A stretch of DNA of 64,000 nucleotides from the NCBI GenBank assembly GCA_951406725.2, contig OX597819.1, positions 101,990,001 to 102,054,000 of the forward strand. Direction: 5' to 3'. Each line of letters opens with the position of its first letter. Within the stretch, counting starts at the first letter, position 1. Origin of the DNA: Octopus vulgaris. Its lineage: Eukaryota. Shown in pieces: positions 1 through 14,680 of this stretch. The position numbers and the translations under genes are program-made. The notes under the pieces were generated by a model. It had not been told where the DNA came from. It searched no databases and worked only from the letters and a program-made list of their open reading frames with translations.

Positions 1-139
1 AGTTTCAAAGAAACTTAGACGGACGTTTTGTTGTTGAAGTCTCTGTAGGTCAGTTCAGTTCACGTGATTGTAATGCAATTAACACAACATTTGTTATTTG
101 CTATAAGTTTGAAGTCCACTTACTGCGCATTAGATGTTG

Positions 140-595
140 GTAGAGTGTTCAAAGAATATGGTTTAAATATGATTGTTACCACCTACTCGACAAAGGTTGA
201 ATTCCTAGACGTAACTCGAAACTGCCGGACGAGCAATTTTGATCCCTACAGGAAGTCCAATGACAAGGCAGTTTGTTTATACACAATTTAACCTAGTCAG
301 ATATAATTCGTAATCTATTTGCTGTTATCAGCAATCTCTCAACGGACACAGAGATCTTCAATAGGACCGTGCCACTATAAAGAAAACCATGCCACTATAA
401 AGAAGAGTGGTTCTAACGACACAAGTATTGCAGAAGAATCCGAGGGGAATTTCAAAGATTTCCATTCAACCTAGAATTTTTTTACTGATATCGGTAAGAG
501 CTTGTTAACATTACTTAAAATCTATTTCCTAAGAACTCATAGATATAAACTCTTCAAGTTGCTGAAAGTCAAATTAAGTTACGCTCCAAACATTG
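140..595 (+). mobile_element. Decayed Penelope-like retroelement, reverse-transcriptase thumb/C-terminal fragment
   Basis: Translations VFKEYGLNM..KVEFLDVT..FDPYRKSND, IIRNL..ISNLSTDTEIFNR and TDIGKSLLTLL..YF..KLF..VKLSYAPNI resemble the PLE motifs FLDVT/PYRKPN/LSNISS.EEIF/TNIGK.FL/VKLSYSCMPN. Stops and frameshifts are present. Confidence 0.75.
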
Positions 596-698
596 TACGG
601 TGTAGTAGATCTTAAAAATTAATCTTATTTTATGCTAAAAACACCTTTGCAATGGTTTTATGAAGCTACAAGATTTGATAACGTACGATTTCAATTAA

Positions 699-910
699 GG
701 TGGCGCACTGCCAGAATCGTTAGTACGCCGAGCAAAATGCTTAGCGGCATTTTGACTGTCTTTACGCTCTGATTTGGTACGCCACCGAGGTCGACTTTGC
801 CTTTCATCCTTCTGGGATTGATATATTGAGTACCAGTTGAGAACTGATGTCGATGTAATCGACTTAAATCTTACACGAATTTGCTGATATTTCGCCAAAA
901 TTTGAAACCC
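699..910 (+). mobile_element. tRNA-derived SINE, family A
   Basis: ggtggcgcactgccagaatcgttag head, core gaggtcgactttgcctttcatcct..gagtaccag and gtcgatgtaatcgac hairpin; matches the copies at 30768 and 36738. Confidence 0.85.
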
Positions 911-1705
911 GTATTTGATATTAGTCACTATTAAAGACAATTTCAATTATGATTTATTAAGGGCTGCTCAATATATAGGCAATTATAGTACTGTTATTTC
1001 TATCAAATGTAGTGGCCTGCGAGAAATAGCGGTCATATCTCTCTCAAATCGTTCCCTATAATCTTGACGAAATTCATTACGCATTGGGTTACATATTAGA
1101 TAATCTTTATACGGACATAATAATGAAAAGTCGAGATGAAGATGGTTATACCACTTTTAAACCTAGTCTGCTTGATCAGGATTAACCTGAAGCTGAACGA
1201 TAAATACAACGACGATCAAAAGCAAATTTTATTTAAACGGCAGCGATATATCAAAAAATATTGAAAAGAAAAGAAAATATGATTTTTAGATTCCGCATGT
1301 ACGTCGGTGCCTGTATGTGTGTGTGTGTGCGAATGTGATTTTTCTGTATGGCTTTGTCTTTTGCCTGTTTCAATCTTTTCAGTTTTGTGTAAATGGAAAA
1401 AAAGATGGCCGAGATGATAAAACAAAACAATTTAGATTGTAACAAAATGGCGTCATCATTGTTGTCATGAATGAAATGAAAAGAAAACATTTAAATTTAT
1501 GTAAAATAATGTTTTAAATATAAATCAACAATTTCATACACACACATTTATATACGCATATGCTATCATAATGCTTCCATTTACATTTATACATATAAAT
1601 GTATACATATGTATTTTTTATATACATATATATATATATACATATGTATTAAAATATACATATATATGTATTCATGTATAATTTATACATAATATACACT
1701 TGGGC

Positions 1706-1783
<78 letters not shown>

Positions 1784-2668
1784 TACATACGCATAAATAT
1801 GTGGACATATATGTGTGTGTATGTATAAATAAACCTACATACCAACATATCTATATATATATTTATACATGTATATACACAGATAATTATATAGACACAC
1901 ACATATATATATAAACAATGTTTCATAAACATTCAATCCTCACCACCCACGAATTTGTATACATACTTACATGCATATATTTGCATATATGTGTGTGCGT
2001 ATTTATATATATATGTGTGTGTGTGTGTGTTTATATATATATATGTGTGTGTGTGTGTGTTTATATATATATATATGTGTGTGTGTATGTGAGTGCACAT
2101 ACATTTGTATATATATATAAGCATATATATTTGTGTGTATGTAAATATATATAGATATATAGATATAGTGATATATATTTATGTTTGAGTGAATGTAGAC
2201 ATATTCGTGTATGTATGTGTGAGCGCGCACACGTGTGTGTGGATATACATTACATTATATTTTACAAGACAAAATGGATTTTGAGGCCAGGTCGGGGGAG
2301 CTAGAAATGACGAAATAGCAATAGGGAAGCCTGGATCTCTTGTGGCATTTTTATCAAGAAAAATCATCAAATATGTCCCCATATTCTTTACTTTGTTACA
2401 ACTAGATAACAATCTTGGCTAAATATTGGATTTACTTAGGATAAATTTTTAATTAAATTTATATAATTTTCCTCTACAATTTCCTCTGACATTGTCCTCT
2501 TTCGATGTTTACTACCTCAGCGAAAATGTTTGAATATATATGGAGGCGTCTGTATAAATACGCATGCATGTGCATGTATGTAGGTATGTGTGTGTATTTG
2601 TATACATACTTGCTTATGTATATGTTACATATATATATATATAAATACACAAAAATATATATGTATAC

Positions 2669-2708
<40 letters not shown>

Positions 2709-3109
2709 TACGCATGTGTAAGACTGTATAGATATATATATATATATATATATATAATATGCAGAGATAAAGAGAGGGGGAGAGATTTAGACTCAGAGAA
2801 AGACAGGTAGATTTTTCATGCAGAGATATATTCACGGGTGCATTTACGTATGTGTGTGTGTGTGTACTTGTTTATATATGTTTTTTGTAGTGTATATTAG
2901 AGATTCTCTTACTTCCTTTTTACTTATTACGCAGACGTTGTCATTGCTGGAACCCACTTTATTTGAATTATTTATTGAGCTATTTTGTGATAAATATGAT
3001 ATTTTTTTAATGATTTCAGATGTGTCATGGGAAGCACATCTGTGTATATAGCCTAGAGTTACACACATGCACACCCTAATAGTTTAATCATCACTCGAAA
3101 ACAAGTTTG

Positions 3110-3518
3110 ACCTTCTAGAATATACCACCTATAGCTAATTGTTTTCCTTACCGATGTAGTCGCTAGCATTCAGAGACACACTCATAGCCGTCCCACACTC
3201 CACCAAAACCTCGTGACTGTGATAGTTGGAAGGTGAAAGGACTGCACCATCATTCGGCAGGTATTTAATTGCGGCTGACTTAACAGGAGTAACGATAAAT
3301 ATTATAGTGTGGCCTGAAAGCCATTATATTCTTTAGACAGAGCCCGCCATTGTCAAGAACAAAATGGTGGACATGTGACGAACAATTTTCAAAACAAATT
3401 TTTTATGATTTCCAAGAAGTGTAGTTTATAAAAAAATAAATGAATAAATGCGAATATTAAGTAAATAAGAGGATTTTAAAATTCTGAAATGAAATATTAA
3501 GTTTCGGGCCACCCTGTA
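3110..3518 (+). mobile_element. Degraded Tc1/mariner 3' end
   Basis: Ends in caccctgta, the reverse of a TA-CAGGGTG terminus, after aatggtggacatgt (NGGH-like transposase C-terminus). Confidence 0.4.
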
Positions 3519-4669
3519 TTTTATTCAAATGTACAAGTGCGGCTGGTCTAGAAATCGAAACCATGACTTTATGAACTTAGATTAACAGCCAAGGAATAGG
3601 GCTACGTGCCTTCTGTTGTGCATGTGTGTGTGTGTGTGCGCGCGCGTGCATTTCTATATATGATCTACGTGATGTCGTCTCACTATATATGTGTCTCTCT
3701 TTTTCAATGGTTCAGCTTAAATTTAACTGATCCAATCGGTGATTCACTATATAAAGACAGCAGTATTATTGCTCCAACTTTTAATTGTGCTTTTCCACTA
3801 GAATGCTAGAGTTTACTGATTATATGCTTTTTAAGAATTTACTTGCCTAAGTATTGGCTAAAATCGCCGGTTTGTTAATAAGCACGCCAGTTTCTTGTAG
3901 TAAAATAACTCAATTCTGTGATTTGAAACTGTGTTGATGGACCAACATCCAGCTATATTCAACATGCAGAAGTTTTTTTATTGTAACCATTTGCCAGATT
4001 CTTTTCATCTCACTCGGGTTCTCCAAGATCATGAAAGAAATATAAGTGAGTCTGATCGAAAGAAGAATACCACACTGCGCCTGTGAACCAGAAAAAGCGG
4101 AGTTGATGGGCACGAGATGAACCCGATAGTCAGGATTCTTGATTTGGCCAAGATCATTGCTCCACAGAGCCATTGCCCTTCTCTAGAACTGACACCGATC
4201 TTAATCGCATGCCAAGTACGATAGAATTTTCATTCTTTTTACCAATATCACTACTAAAGATAACAACACTGTGGAGCCATCTTAAGCAAATCAGACATGA
4301 ATAGGGAGCTCAAGGAATGGTATTATGCAGGAATCAGTTACTCTTTCTTTTGGGTCCTCAACCATTTTTACTGGAAATTTTGTGATTCACACGAAATAGA
4401 CAGTTATTGTGTGATACTTAGTGCAATGTGTTTGCTTGTGTTGTTTACCTGCAAGCTACTTCTCTGGTCTAGCTAGTTAGAGATATACAGCCGTAATTTA
4501 TGGATACATTAGGAACGGAGGTACAGCGGTCACTAATATCTAGGTACTATTCAGGCAAGTTTTGTGATGAGATTCCAATTCTTTCCGTCTGGTGACATAA
4601 AAACTAATTCCTTGTGGTCTATTTTGTGCTTCTCTTCCATTTTACGGATATGTATTATATATATATATA

Positions 4670-4779
<110 letters not shown>

Positions 4780-5990
4780 CTTTCTAGACAAAATTTAGTA
4801 AATCATATTTATCTACTGAAAGATGATTACGTGATTGTATGTAATCATAAGCATCTTTCAGAAACAAAATGTAATTTGCTAAAATTTATCAGGGAATATT
4901 GAAAGACATCTGGCCACCATTCAGTCACAAAACTGCCATCTGCAATGGTTGTATAACAAACATAAGAACGGCGTCGGAAAAAGAAAAAACAACAACATGA
5001 AGTTATAAGCTTGTCATGACAAAACATGGACCCACCTTCACTGAAAGTCATACATTTGGGAGGATGTAATATCATGAATAGATCATTCACAGTACCTTAA
5101 TGTACCTTTAATAGCTTAAATGAACAGTTTATCTAAAGCCGAAGTTTTGTATACCTCTTGCACTCTTGCGAATTTCTTTGTCATTTACGAAGCGATTGGT
5201 TTCGTAGATGATAAAATTTTCAAGTCAACAAAATCAATATTTAAACTCAGCTTTTTCTCAGATGCTGAGTAACTTATTTACTAACAATAATAAGGTCTTC
5301 TTGACATATTTCTAACCGATAAATGTATGTACAAGAGCCATGAGAAAAAAAATGCGAAATAAATTGAGAAGAGTTACAGGAATATCTCTAGCGTTGCTCT
5401 TTTGACAAGACTCGTCATAATACAAACGAGAAAAACATGCAATATTGTATATTATGTTTGTGAAGAAGTATCATATGCATGCCGAGTTTATGTATGTATG
5501 ATTGTCTGTAAACATACGCTTTTCCATAGTGTATGTGTTTGTGAGACGAGAGATTAACTTGATGCCTGAGTGTGCGCCTATGTGTAGCTGTTTGTGAATA
5601 TTTGTTCATATTTGCATATGTGTATGTGTGTATTTCTGTATTTCTGCGACTTACAAATTGACATTTACTTAATTTATTGTCCGGAATTTTCGAGAGAAAT
5701 CCTTTAAGGGAACGCTAGTTCCTCCAGATATGGCATGTTGTTAAGTCTGGCTCGAAGATTAAATATTTTTATGGCATTCAAAAGTAGTTTAATGTTTCCA
5801 ACAGAATATGTTGGCATGCTGGGATATGGGCTGTGAAATGTCTTCCAAATGAGCTATTTTTCTCTTTCTTTTTCTTATTTTTTTTCATTTTAAGGAGCTG
5901 TTATGTGACATGTAGCTACATTGTAGGTTAAGCTTTCTCCTACAGTGTCAAAATATTAGGCATTTGTTATTATAATTATAACCGATCTGC

Positions 5991-6053
<63 letters not shown>

Positions 6054-6079
6054 CATCATCATCATCATCATCACCACCA

Positions 6080-6118
<39 letters not shown>

Positions 6119-6188
6119 TCATCATCATTATTGTTATCACCTTTGTCGTCGTCATCGTCGTCGTCTTCATCGTTTTCATCGTCATCGC
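5991..6188. repeat. Compound trinucleotide microsatellite (ATT)n(ATC)n(ACC)n(ATC)n(GTC)n
   Basis: Direct reading of the sequence. Confidence 0.95.
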
Positions 6189-6338
6189 TAATATTATTAC
6201 TTCTGTTTCATATGTTAACATTCGTTATCTGGTTTTCTAATCATCTGGCATTTAGAGAAAATATAAAAAAAAGTAAAGAAAAAATATCGAAAACCTTATT
6301 TTTATGATACACAACAGGTTTATTTATGTATGTATGTT

Positions 6339-6433
<95 letters not shown>

Positions 6434-6617
6434 ATATATACATATATATATATGGATACACACACACATACGCACACACACACACACATATACATATATA
6501 TATATATATATCCATATATATGTTTATATAGATAGATAGATAGATATAGATATAGATATATACATTGATACATACAAACATATATACATACACACACACA
6601 CATATATATATATATAT

Positions 6618-6651
<34 letters not shown>

Positions 6652-6840
6652 CTATAATCTTGCCTTGCTCTAGCCGTGTCCTATCATTCATATATCATTA
6701 GAATCTAGCTAACGCTGATGGTCAGCCAAAAGAATGTTATTGCTAAAATCAATATCTTAATGACTATATCCGCCATATCATTTTCCCCGAGTCAAGTTTT
6801 ATTGCTCAAACTGATTTCGGATAATGTCGCTGTTATAGTC

Positions 6841-7024
<184 letters not shown>

Positions 7025-7524
7025 GCATTGTTGCTGTTGTTTGTTGGTATTTTGTTGATTGTTTGTCGTGCTTGTTATTTCAGCAGGAACGGGAGAGTGA
7101 GAGAGGGGGGTGACAGAGAGAGAGAGAGGGCGACACAGAGAGACAGGGGACAGAAAGAGAGAGAGAGAGAGAGAAAGAGAAAGAGACAGAGAGATTCCCA
7201 AATTGGAGTCACTCAATTTGGGAGAAGCAGAAAGTCACAACTTCCCATCATATCTCGTTTGTAATACAAATTATTTTTTCAAACCTTTATAACACGACGC
7301 TATTGCTGCTGCTGTTGTTGTTGTTGTTGTAATTGTAGATGAAGCTGTGTGGTGGTGGTGGTGGTGGGGAAGTTATTCTTGTTATTTCTGTTGTTTCTCG
7401 TTTTGCTGTTGATATTGTTATTAATATCACACTACTGAACCAACAGTTCATACCGACTTCTATCACTCTCACCACTACCACAATTGTTACTACGGCAATT
7501 ACTACTAGCGGCTGCTATAACCAC

Positions 7525-7558
<34 letters not shown>

Positions 7559-9016
7559 GTCATCGTCGTCGTCGTTCTTGTGGACATTGTCGTCGGAGTT
7601 ATCCTTTAACATTGTCCTAATTAATAAGCATTTAATTGTATTTATGAATTACACACTGTCTCAGTAATTAAACATTGATATTTTTAAGGCCTCTGTCGTT
7701 CATCGTCTCACAATTGTTGCGGAAGTTTCACAAATGCTGCGGGTACAGCTCCTTCTTCCAGGGCTATCTAATACAAAGTAACAATGATACAGCTGATGTT
7801 ATTCATCTTCCGGGTGATTTGATACTGCCTCTTGAAACTCCATCAAATGCACAGTTTCTCAAGGTAGCATCTGAATATCGTTAGTTCATTGGTGGGGCGT
7901 TTGAAAGATATATTTCAGATTTAATCATCAACGATGTTTGTTTGCATATACCATCTTTATGGAACTAAGCTCGACTGAACACATTATCTAAAAATCATTG
8001 CTATGAAATCACAAGTGAATGACTTGGTAAGATGTACTAATTGTTTTAAATGTCTGAGTAGTCATGAGCAGACACAGACACCCTTGCATATCTCCCACCC
8101 TCGAGCCAGTGGATCATCGAAGATGTAACAACTAGAGGAGGAAGCTCCCTCAGCACTCGACTGCTATTTGTTTTAGCAGAGGAAGCTAGAGTAACATGAA
8201 ATGATGTACCAGTCCAGGAATCAAACCAGCAAGCATATAGACGTCAACATAAGGACACTAGGACTGGACCGAGAAAACAAAGTAATCAAAATAGATAAAT
8301 GAAAATTACTGCAAATATCTTTGGTTCGAAACGCCCGTCAAGATTTTCTTTCCTATCCTACACTTGACAAGAAGCTTTGCAGTTAGTTGCAAGAGAAAAC
8401 GTAATAGTGCTTTGATCTCTCATAATAATCCCTCCGATCTGATCCTAGGACTTAATCTTTTCACTTGGTTGACTTTCAACGAGCTGTTTGCTGCAAGAGC
8501 TTTCTCTAGGCACTGGTTTCAGGATATTATGTATAACATATACTGTATTGTTTCCTGTACACCTCCATCTATCGTAGATTCTCATGGAATTCGATGTGGT
8601 TGATAATTGGAGAGCCTGTGTTAAACATTTTAGGCTTATGAGCTACGCATGACTCACTGGCAAATTATCACGTTTCCTTTCCTTCTTTTCATTAATTCCT
8701 GGCTGATGTCCATGTTTCGTAGAAAAAAACCTATCAAATACCACTGACTTCCAGTTGAACAACTCTATTTGATACACAGAGAAGTCTCCAGGAAAAATAT
8801 ATTTGTTTCATTCGATCCTCCATTTGGATTGAATTGTCTATGTTCAGTCTATTGCAGGAAGAAGGCCTCCGCATGTTCTCTCCACAAACAACGGTCTGAC
8901 GTGAAGGCTGTGAATTTGAGCTTGAGATCATACTGGTTTGATGAGCCTACTCTGCCACGCTGGCTCGGCATGGCTTGGCAGAGGGATGACATTTTTATAC
9001 ACTTACCCAGTAGTAG

Positions 9017-9330
9017 TTAAGTCGATTACATCGACCTCAAAACTTGACTGGTACTTATTTTATCAACCCAAAACGTTAAAAGTCAACGTTTACCTCGGTG
9101 GTATTTGAACTCAGAACTTTAACACGGACGAAATACCTATTTCTTTACTACCCACAAGAGGCTAAGCACAGAGAGGACAAACAAGAATAGACAAACGGAT
9201 TAAGTCGATTATATTGACACCAGTGCGTAACTGGTACTTCTTTAATCGACCTCGAAAGGATGAAAGGCAAAGTTGACCTCGGCGGAATTTGAACTCAGAA
9301 CGTAACGGCAGACGAAATACCACTAAGCGT
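9017..9330 (-). mobile_element. SINE family A, head-to-tail dimer
   Basis: Two core units joined by gtgggtagtaaagaaataggtatttcgtcc (minus strand), the same junction as the dimer at 36738. Confidence 0.85.
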
Positions 9331-9486
9331 GCTGATGATTCCGTCTGGTCGCCTCCCCTATACTTTCCAGAAAGTATGTTAATGTAAAGCTCATAAATTT
9401 GAGCCATACACATACTACAGATTTATTTCTAATATTGTTGTTTGAACACAAATACATGCTTCGGGGAACTTTCTGCATATTCACAT

Positions 9487-9680
9487 AGTGGTGGTGGTGG
9501 TGGCGGCGGCGGCGGCGGCGGCAGCGGTGGTGGTGGTAGCGTTGAGGACGATGAGTTTGGGACGAACGAGGAAAATATTGAGGGTAGTAACAGCGATCAT
9601 GATGTTGAACACAGCAAAAATAATGACGACGGCGACGAGTAAGACGATGATGACAACGATGTTGCTGGTGATGATGAAAG

Positions 9681-9747
<67 letters not shown>

Positions 9748-9852
9748 GGTGGTGGTGTCGCAGTCCTCATCACCTTCGGCGTTGTCGTCGTCATCATCAT
9801 CATCATCATCATCATCCTCCTCATAATCATCACCACCATCATCATTGTCATT
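9487..9852. repeat. Compound (GGT)/(GGC)/(GAT)/(CAT) trinucleotide repeat
   Basis: Direct reading of the sequence. Confidence 0.9.
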
Positions 9853-10555
9853 ATCTCTCTTGCCCATTTTTCTCCCTTTTTCTATGGCATAAAATAAATA
9901 AGTTTCGCATATATTTTTGTTACCATTTATTTCTGATAAATATTTTTAAAATATGAAGTGAGAAAACCAGTGACGTGACGTCGAAATAAGGTCTAGCAGT
10001 AAAGTAGGGATGATAGCCAAGGGACAACATAGGGTGTAGAGGAGATGGATGTTGGGAAGAGGGGTATGATGTGGAGCTCGGTGGTGTAAAGGGAATTTTC
10101 AGGTACTGGGGTTGTAAGATTTCACGGAGGTTTTCCAAAGGGGCGGGAGAAACAGCGGTGGTGAAGAGGGACAGCGGGAGTTCAAGTGGAGGCGGAGTTG
10201 TTAAAATATTAAAAATACAGGTCACTGAGGAGGGAACCAGATGTCAACACACACGTGTATAAATATGAAAACTATCATGGATAGATTATACATATGGGTT
10301 TGTGAATTATATTCATACTGATGCTGAACACACATATACACACACGTGTGTGTGTATGTATGTACTCAACACATGCACATACACACACACACACACATTT
10401 TTATATATAAATATGTATATATACATATATATGTATGTACGTTAATATATATGTATAAGCATTTTTGACACACACATATACGTATTTATATATAGTTATA
10501 TATGCATAAATGTAAACATACACATATATATGTGTCTATATGTGTATGATTTTCA

Positions 10556-10648
<93 letters not shown>

Positions 10649-11659
10649 GTATGTATGTATGTATATGTATATGTATGTATATGTGTGATTGTAAGGCAGT
10701 GTGTTTCTCTTTATATATACATACATAGGCATCTATATATTCATAACATGTGTATTGTGTTACATATTTCTCGGCGTGTGTTCTTGTAAATAACTATATG
10801 TCAAAATATTTCCTTACAGAAGTGGTAATGGGCGGGTGGAGAATAAATTCTTTGGTGTTGGGTACCAGAAATGGAGGAACACGAGAGTCGGGCACTTTTA
10901 ATTGTTTAGGTCAATGCCCCACTGCGCAAAGTTCAAATCCCATCACGTTTGGACTTAAGTTTGCGCTTTGCCCTTCATTCATTTTGCTAATAACCAGTAA
11001 TATATTGCTAACTGCACATACTCTTTCTTTAATCTGCTCAATATAAATGATGATATGACATCCTTCATTTTCGTTGATGAACATTTAGTTAATGTCTTAA
11101 CTGAAGAATATATCCTTGAACTCAGCAAGTGGCTATGTATTCCAGAGACAAGCGCACCTTCAATGTAGTTAGCATGAAAGGCAAAGTTACCTACAGAGTG
11201 ATTTGAACTTAGCTTTCAAGCATACACAGTCACATATATTGCTTCTGTACACACACATGCACATATTGAAGCGATTTTAAACAGAAGCCCAGGAGTTTGA
11301 TGGTAGTCAGCATTGGCTAGGCTTGTATTGTTTGGATAAAAGCAACAGAAAGACCACATTGAAATTGCCTTCGAATGTGGAGAATCCAAAGCTTCTGAAG
11401 CTCTTCTTCAGGATTCATATGATACGAGAGGAGAAAAAAGAAGACATTTTCAGTGTTTAAGAAACTGGCTTCCACTGGTGGGGAGCAAAAGAGAATTTGA
11501 GATGTCATATGCAGTAAACACGTTATGTAATATATATATAAGAACAAACATAAGGGCAAGAGAAAAATGCAGTATAACTGTTCATGGTGGAGTACAAACG
11601 CTTTGTGATTCAGTATACAGGCAGTATATATCTGTGATTCAGGATATATTTTTGCGTAT

Positions 11660-11856
11660 GTGTATATGTGCACTGCTCGATTACCGGTTTTGATGAGTTT
11701 AGGTCCCCCGTAACTTAACGGTTCGTGAAAAGAGAAGACTAGAGTAAAAATCAAGTTTTTCAAAGGGAAAAAATAGTTCTGGAACGATTCTTTGAATTTA
11801 AGTTCTTCAGGGGCGGCGGATGTCCCAGCATGGACGCAATCTAATGACTGAAGCAA
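11660..11856 (+). mobile_element. SINE family B, degraded 3' half
   Basis: gtccccgtaacttaacggttcg and ccagcatggacgcaatctaatgactgaa match the family B tail. Confidence 0.7.
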
Positions 11857-11859
11857 TTC

Positions 11860-12225
11860 GTGCCACTCCGTCGGTTACGACGACGAGAATTCCAGTTGAC
11901 CCGATCAACGGAACAGCGTGCTCGTGAAATTAACGTGCAAGGGCTGAGCACCCCACAGACTCATGTACCCTTAATGTAGTTCTCAGGATGATTGAGCATG
12001 ACACGGCTTGAGACAAAGCTGGCCCTTTGAAATACAGGTACAAAAAAAAAACAGGTAGAAAGAAAGAAAGAAAGTTGTGGTGAAAGAGCAGAGTTCACCG
12101 CAAATCCCGGCCGGAGCTTCGTGGAACTTTAGGTGTTTACGCAAGATAAACACTCACAGCGGTCTGAGAATCGAAACCGGGATCCCACAACCACGAGTCC
12201 GCTGCGCTAACCATTGCGCCTCCAC
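11860..12225 (-). mobile_element. tRNA-derived SINE, family C
   Basis: Minus-strand tRNA-like head (ggaggcgcaatggttagcgc..ggtttcgattctc) followed by a GC-rich body ending cgtcgtaaccgacggagtggcac. Confidence 0.7.
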
Positions 12226-12279
12226 CTGAAGCAATTAAACCATAAAAGATAAAATATACATATATACGTATGTAGATAT

Positions 12280-12352
12280 AGTCACTGCTTGGACTCGAAC
12301 TCAGAATCTTGGGGTTAGTAGCCAGCACTCATAACCACTATGCCATATGCCC
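12280..12352 (-). mobile_element. SINE family D, tRNA-like head only
   Basis: gggcatatggcatagtggtta..gagttcgagtcc with A and B boxes; matches the head at 57485-57557. Confidence 0.75.
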
Positions 12353-12359
12353 TTGTGGA

Positions 12360-12655
12360 TTGACTCAAACTTGTTCTCCTTCAGTTACATGTTATGTTTC
12401 TGCGGCCACTGGATAACAGCAACTAGGTCCTATTGAAGATTTGTTCGCTCTCCTATTTTGTCGACAACCTTCAGAAGCATAAAGGCATCCGCGAAAATGT
12501 TTATATTACTGTATTTAATGATCCTAATAATGTCAATTAAGCAGATAAGGGGGCCTAACACTTGCGGGACACCACTGATGACTTTTGCTGTGCTTGATCG
12601 AACACCATTGATCATCACATACAGTGTTCTGTTCAGCAGAAAGAATTTAAAACAC
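12360..12655 (-). mobile_element. CR1/L2-type LINE reverse-transcriptase fragment
   Basis: FLLNRTLYVMINGVRSSTAKVISGVPQ-VLGPL..IFAD..LQ*DL resembles the CR1 RT motifs SGVPQGSVLGP and FADD. Confidence 0.8.
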
Positions 12656-12724
12656 TCTCCACACACGCAGACAATCACAGAGACACACACAGACACACAC
12701 ACACACATCCAGATATACATATGC

Positions 12725-12834
<110 letters not shown>

Positions 12835-13749
12835 CACTGATGTAATTTATTCAAAATCTATATATTTTATTTGGTAACACAGATCATAAAGGTTTCTTTT
12901 GCTTATAAGTCTATCTATCTATCTATATCGCAGTTTTGGCACACATATCGTTATGAGTTTTAAATGTTTGTGTGTGCATGTGGGTATATGTGTGTGCTTG
13001 CTTGGGTCGCTATGATTCTGTGTGTGTTTTGTGTGTATTTGTGTGTGTGTGTGTGTATGTGTGTATGTTTGTGCGTGTGTGTATGTGTATAGGTGTAAGG
13101 CCATCAGCTGTGCGGTTATAGTCTGCATGATTGTTTATCATTATGATATTCCTCTGAGACATACAACATGTCATAAGCTGTTTTCCATCCTTGACTATAT
13201 ACACCCATTATATTTCACTCCCTTCTTATACACAACTTCTTTCACTGTTGCCCTCTTCTTACAGTTTACTCTTTCTTCTCTTTCTTTCGTTCTTTGGTTT
13301 CTTTCTTCTCTTATTTCAGTGTCACTCCTTCCTCATTTAGTGATTTCGGTCACTCACGCTTTACTTTGCAGTTTCCTCTGTTTCTCCTTTCACTTTACCC
13401 CTATTTCTCCTTTCACCTTACCCCTCTTTCTCCGTCCCATTCTGCCTTCTTTTCTCTCTCCTTCTATTTCTACCTCCTGTACCTGCCATTTCTCATATTT
13501 TGTGGGAGAAATTTTTTCAATAATCGTTGTTTTTTATGATTTTCGCATACATATTTCAAACCCTCAACGACGGCATATTGTAATGAATTACTAAATATGG
13601 AAGCTAAATCAACTTCAAAAGCATTTACAGGTATCAGGGAAAAAAATAACACTTAGGATTATGTTGTTTTAGATACACTATGCCAAAATCTTTAGATACT
13701 GATTTTGATATGAAAGCATTGCTATCCACAAAATCTGTTGTTTCTTTCC

Positions 13750-13815
13750 TTTAACATTTCTGACGAAGGATCCTTCTCCGAAACGGCTAATTTTTCTCCT
13801 TCCCTGCAACGTTTT
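13750..13815 (+). ncRNA. Degenerate minimal hammerhead ribozyme (Penelope-repeat relic)
   Basis: CTGACGA-a-GGA(tccttc)TCC-GAAA-CG is present, but the cleavage-site U is mutated to G and stem I is broken. Confidence 0.5.
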
Positions 13816-14334
13816 GGTTATTCAAACACTAAGTAGGTGCAGAAAAACTCGTCAGTTATATAATCATCCTCATATTCATACAGTCGCAATAAACTGCATC
13901 AAACAATGCTACGCTAAGAATCTATGTTTTCTGTCCACTGTTAGGTTTGTTATGTTCTCACTTTCATGTCTTACATCTCTGCTAATAATATCAATACGGT
14001 CAAGTAGCCTTTGTCATGGCCGAAGGCGGGGAAGTAACAATAACGATAGAAATGGCTAAACTATGACCATAAATCTCTGCTTTGGTCTTGTTCTCATACC
14101 ATGAGACGTTTTGAATTCTTATGAGAAGTTTGGCGTATATATTACCATAGCTATCTTCATGCTCCTTCATAGTCCGTGTTCTAGTAAAGCACAGGAGAAT
14201 GATATCTACATAAGAGAATGGTATCTACATAGGCCAACCATGTTAGATTTGAAATAATTGATTAGCAGATCGTTTATATGGTAGACGGAAAGAATCTCGT
14301 TGTCTGATTGTGCATGAGCGTCTACATGCATGCG

Positions 14335-14548
14335 CATGTGTGTATTTGTGTTTTTGTTTGTTCCGTACCACCGCTTGACGAGCGGTGTTGGTTTCTTCAT
14401 ACCACCTTAATTCAGCAGTTTGACAACAAGGACCGAAAGAATATGAACCAGACGTAAAAAGAAAAATAAGCATCATGGTCGATTTGTTGCACTAAAACAT
14501 TCAAGGCGGTGCCACAACATGGTCACAGTCCACTGACTAAAAATAAAT
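14335..14548 (+). mobile_element. SINE family B, 3' half
   Basis: ccgcttgacgagcggtgttgg..ggtcgatttg..aaggcggtgc..catggtcacagtc..tgactaaaa matches the family B tail. Confidence 0.75.
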
Positions 14549-14589
14549 ATATATATATTTCAAAAAAGTCGAATGCTAGGTTAAAAAAA

Positions 14590-14680
14590 GCAAATAAGTA
14601 GCGTGTAACTGTTTGACGCTCAGGAAAATTGAAAAAGTTTTTAACGTTTCGAGCTTACGCTCTTCTTCAGAAGGAATACA
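14590..14680 (-). ncRNA. Penelope-type terminal repeat relic with a minimal hammerhead core
   Basis: Minus strand reads ttcctt-CTGAAGA-a-GAGC(gtaa)GCTC-GAAA-CG-TT-aaaaac. The catalytic core is intact and stem I is weak; the flank is homologous to 18341-18420. Confidence 0.65.

Noticed and set aside
9640-9850. (GAT)n followed by (CAT)n forming an apparent hairpin
   Set aside because: Complementary simple repeats are common in this window; no unique-sequence symmetry supports a specific structure.
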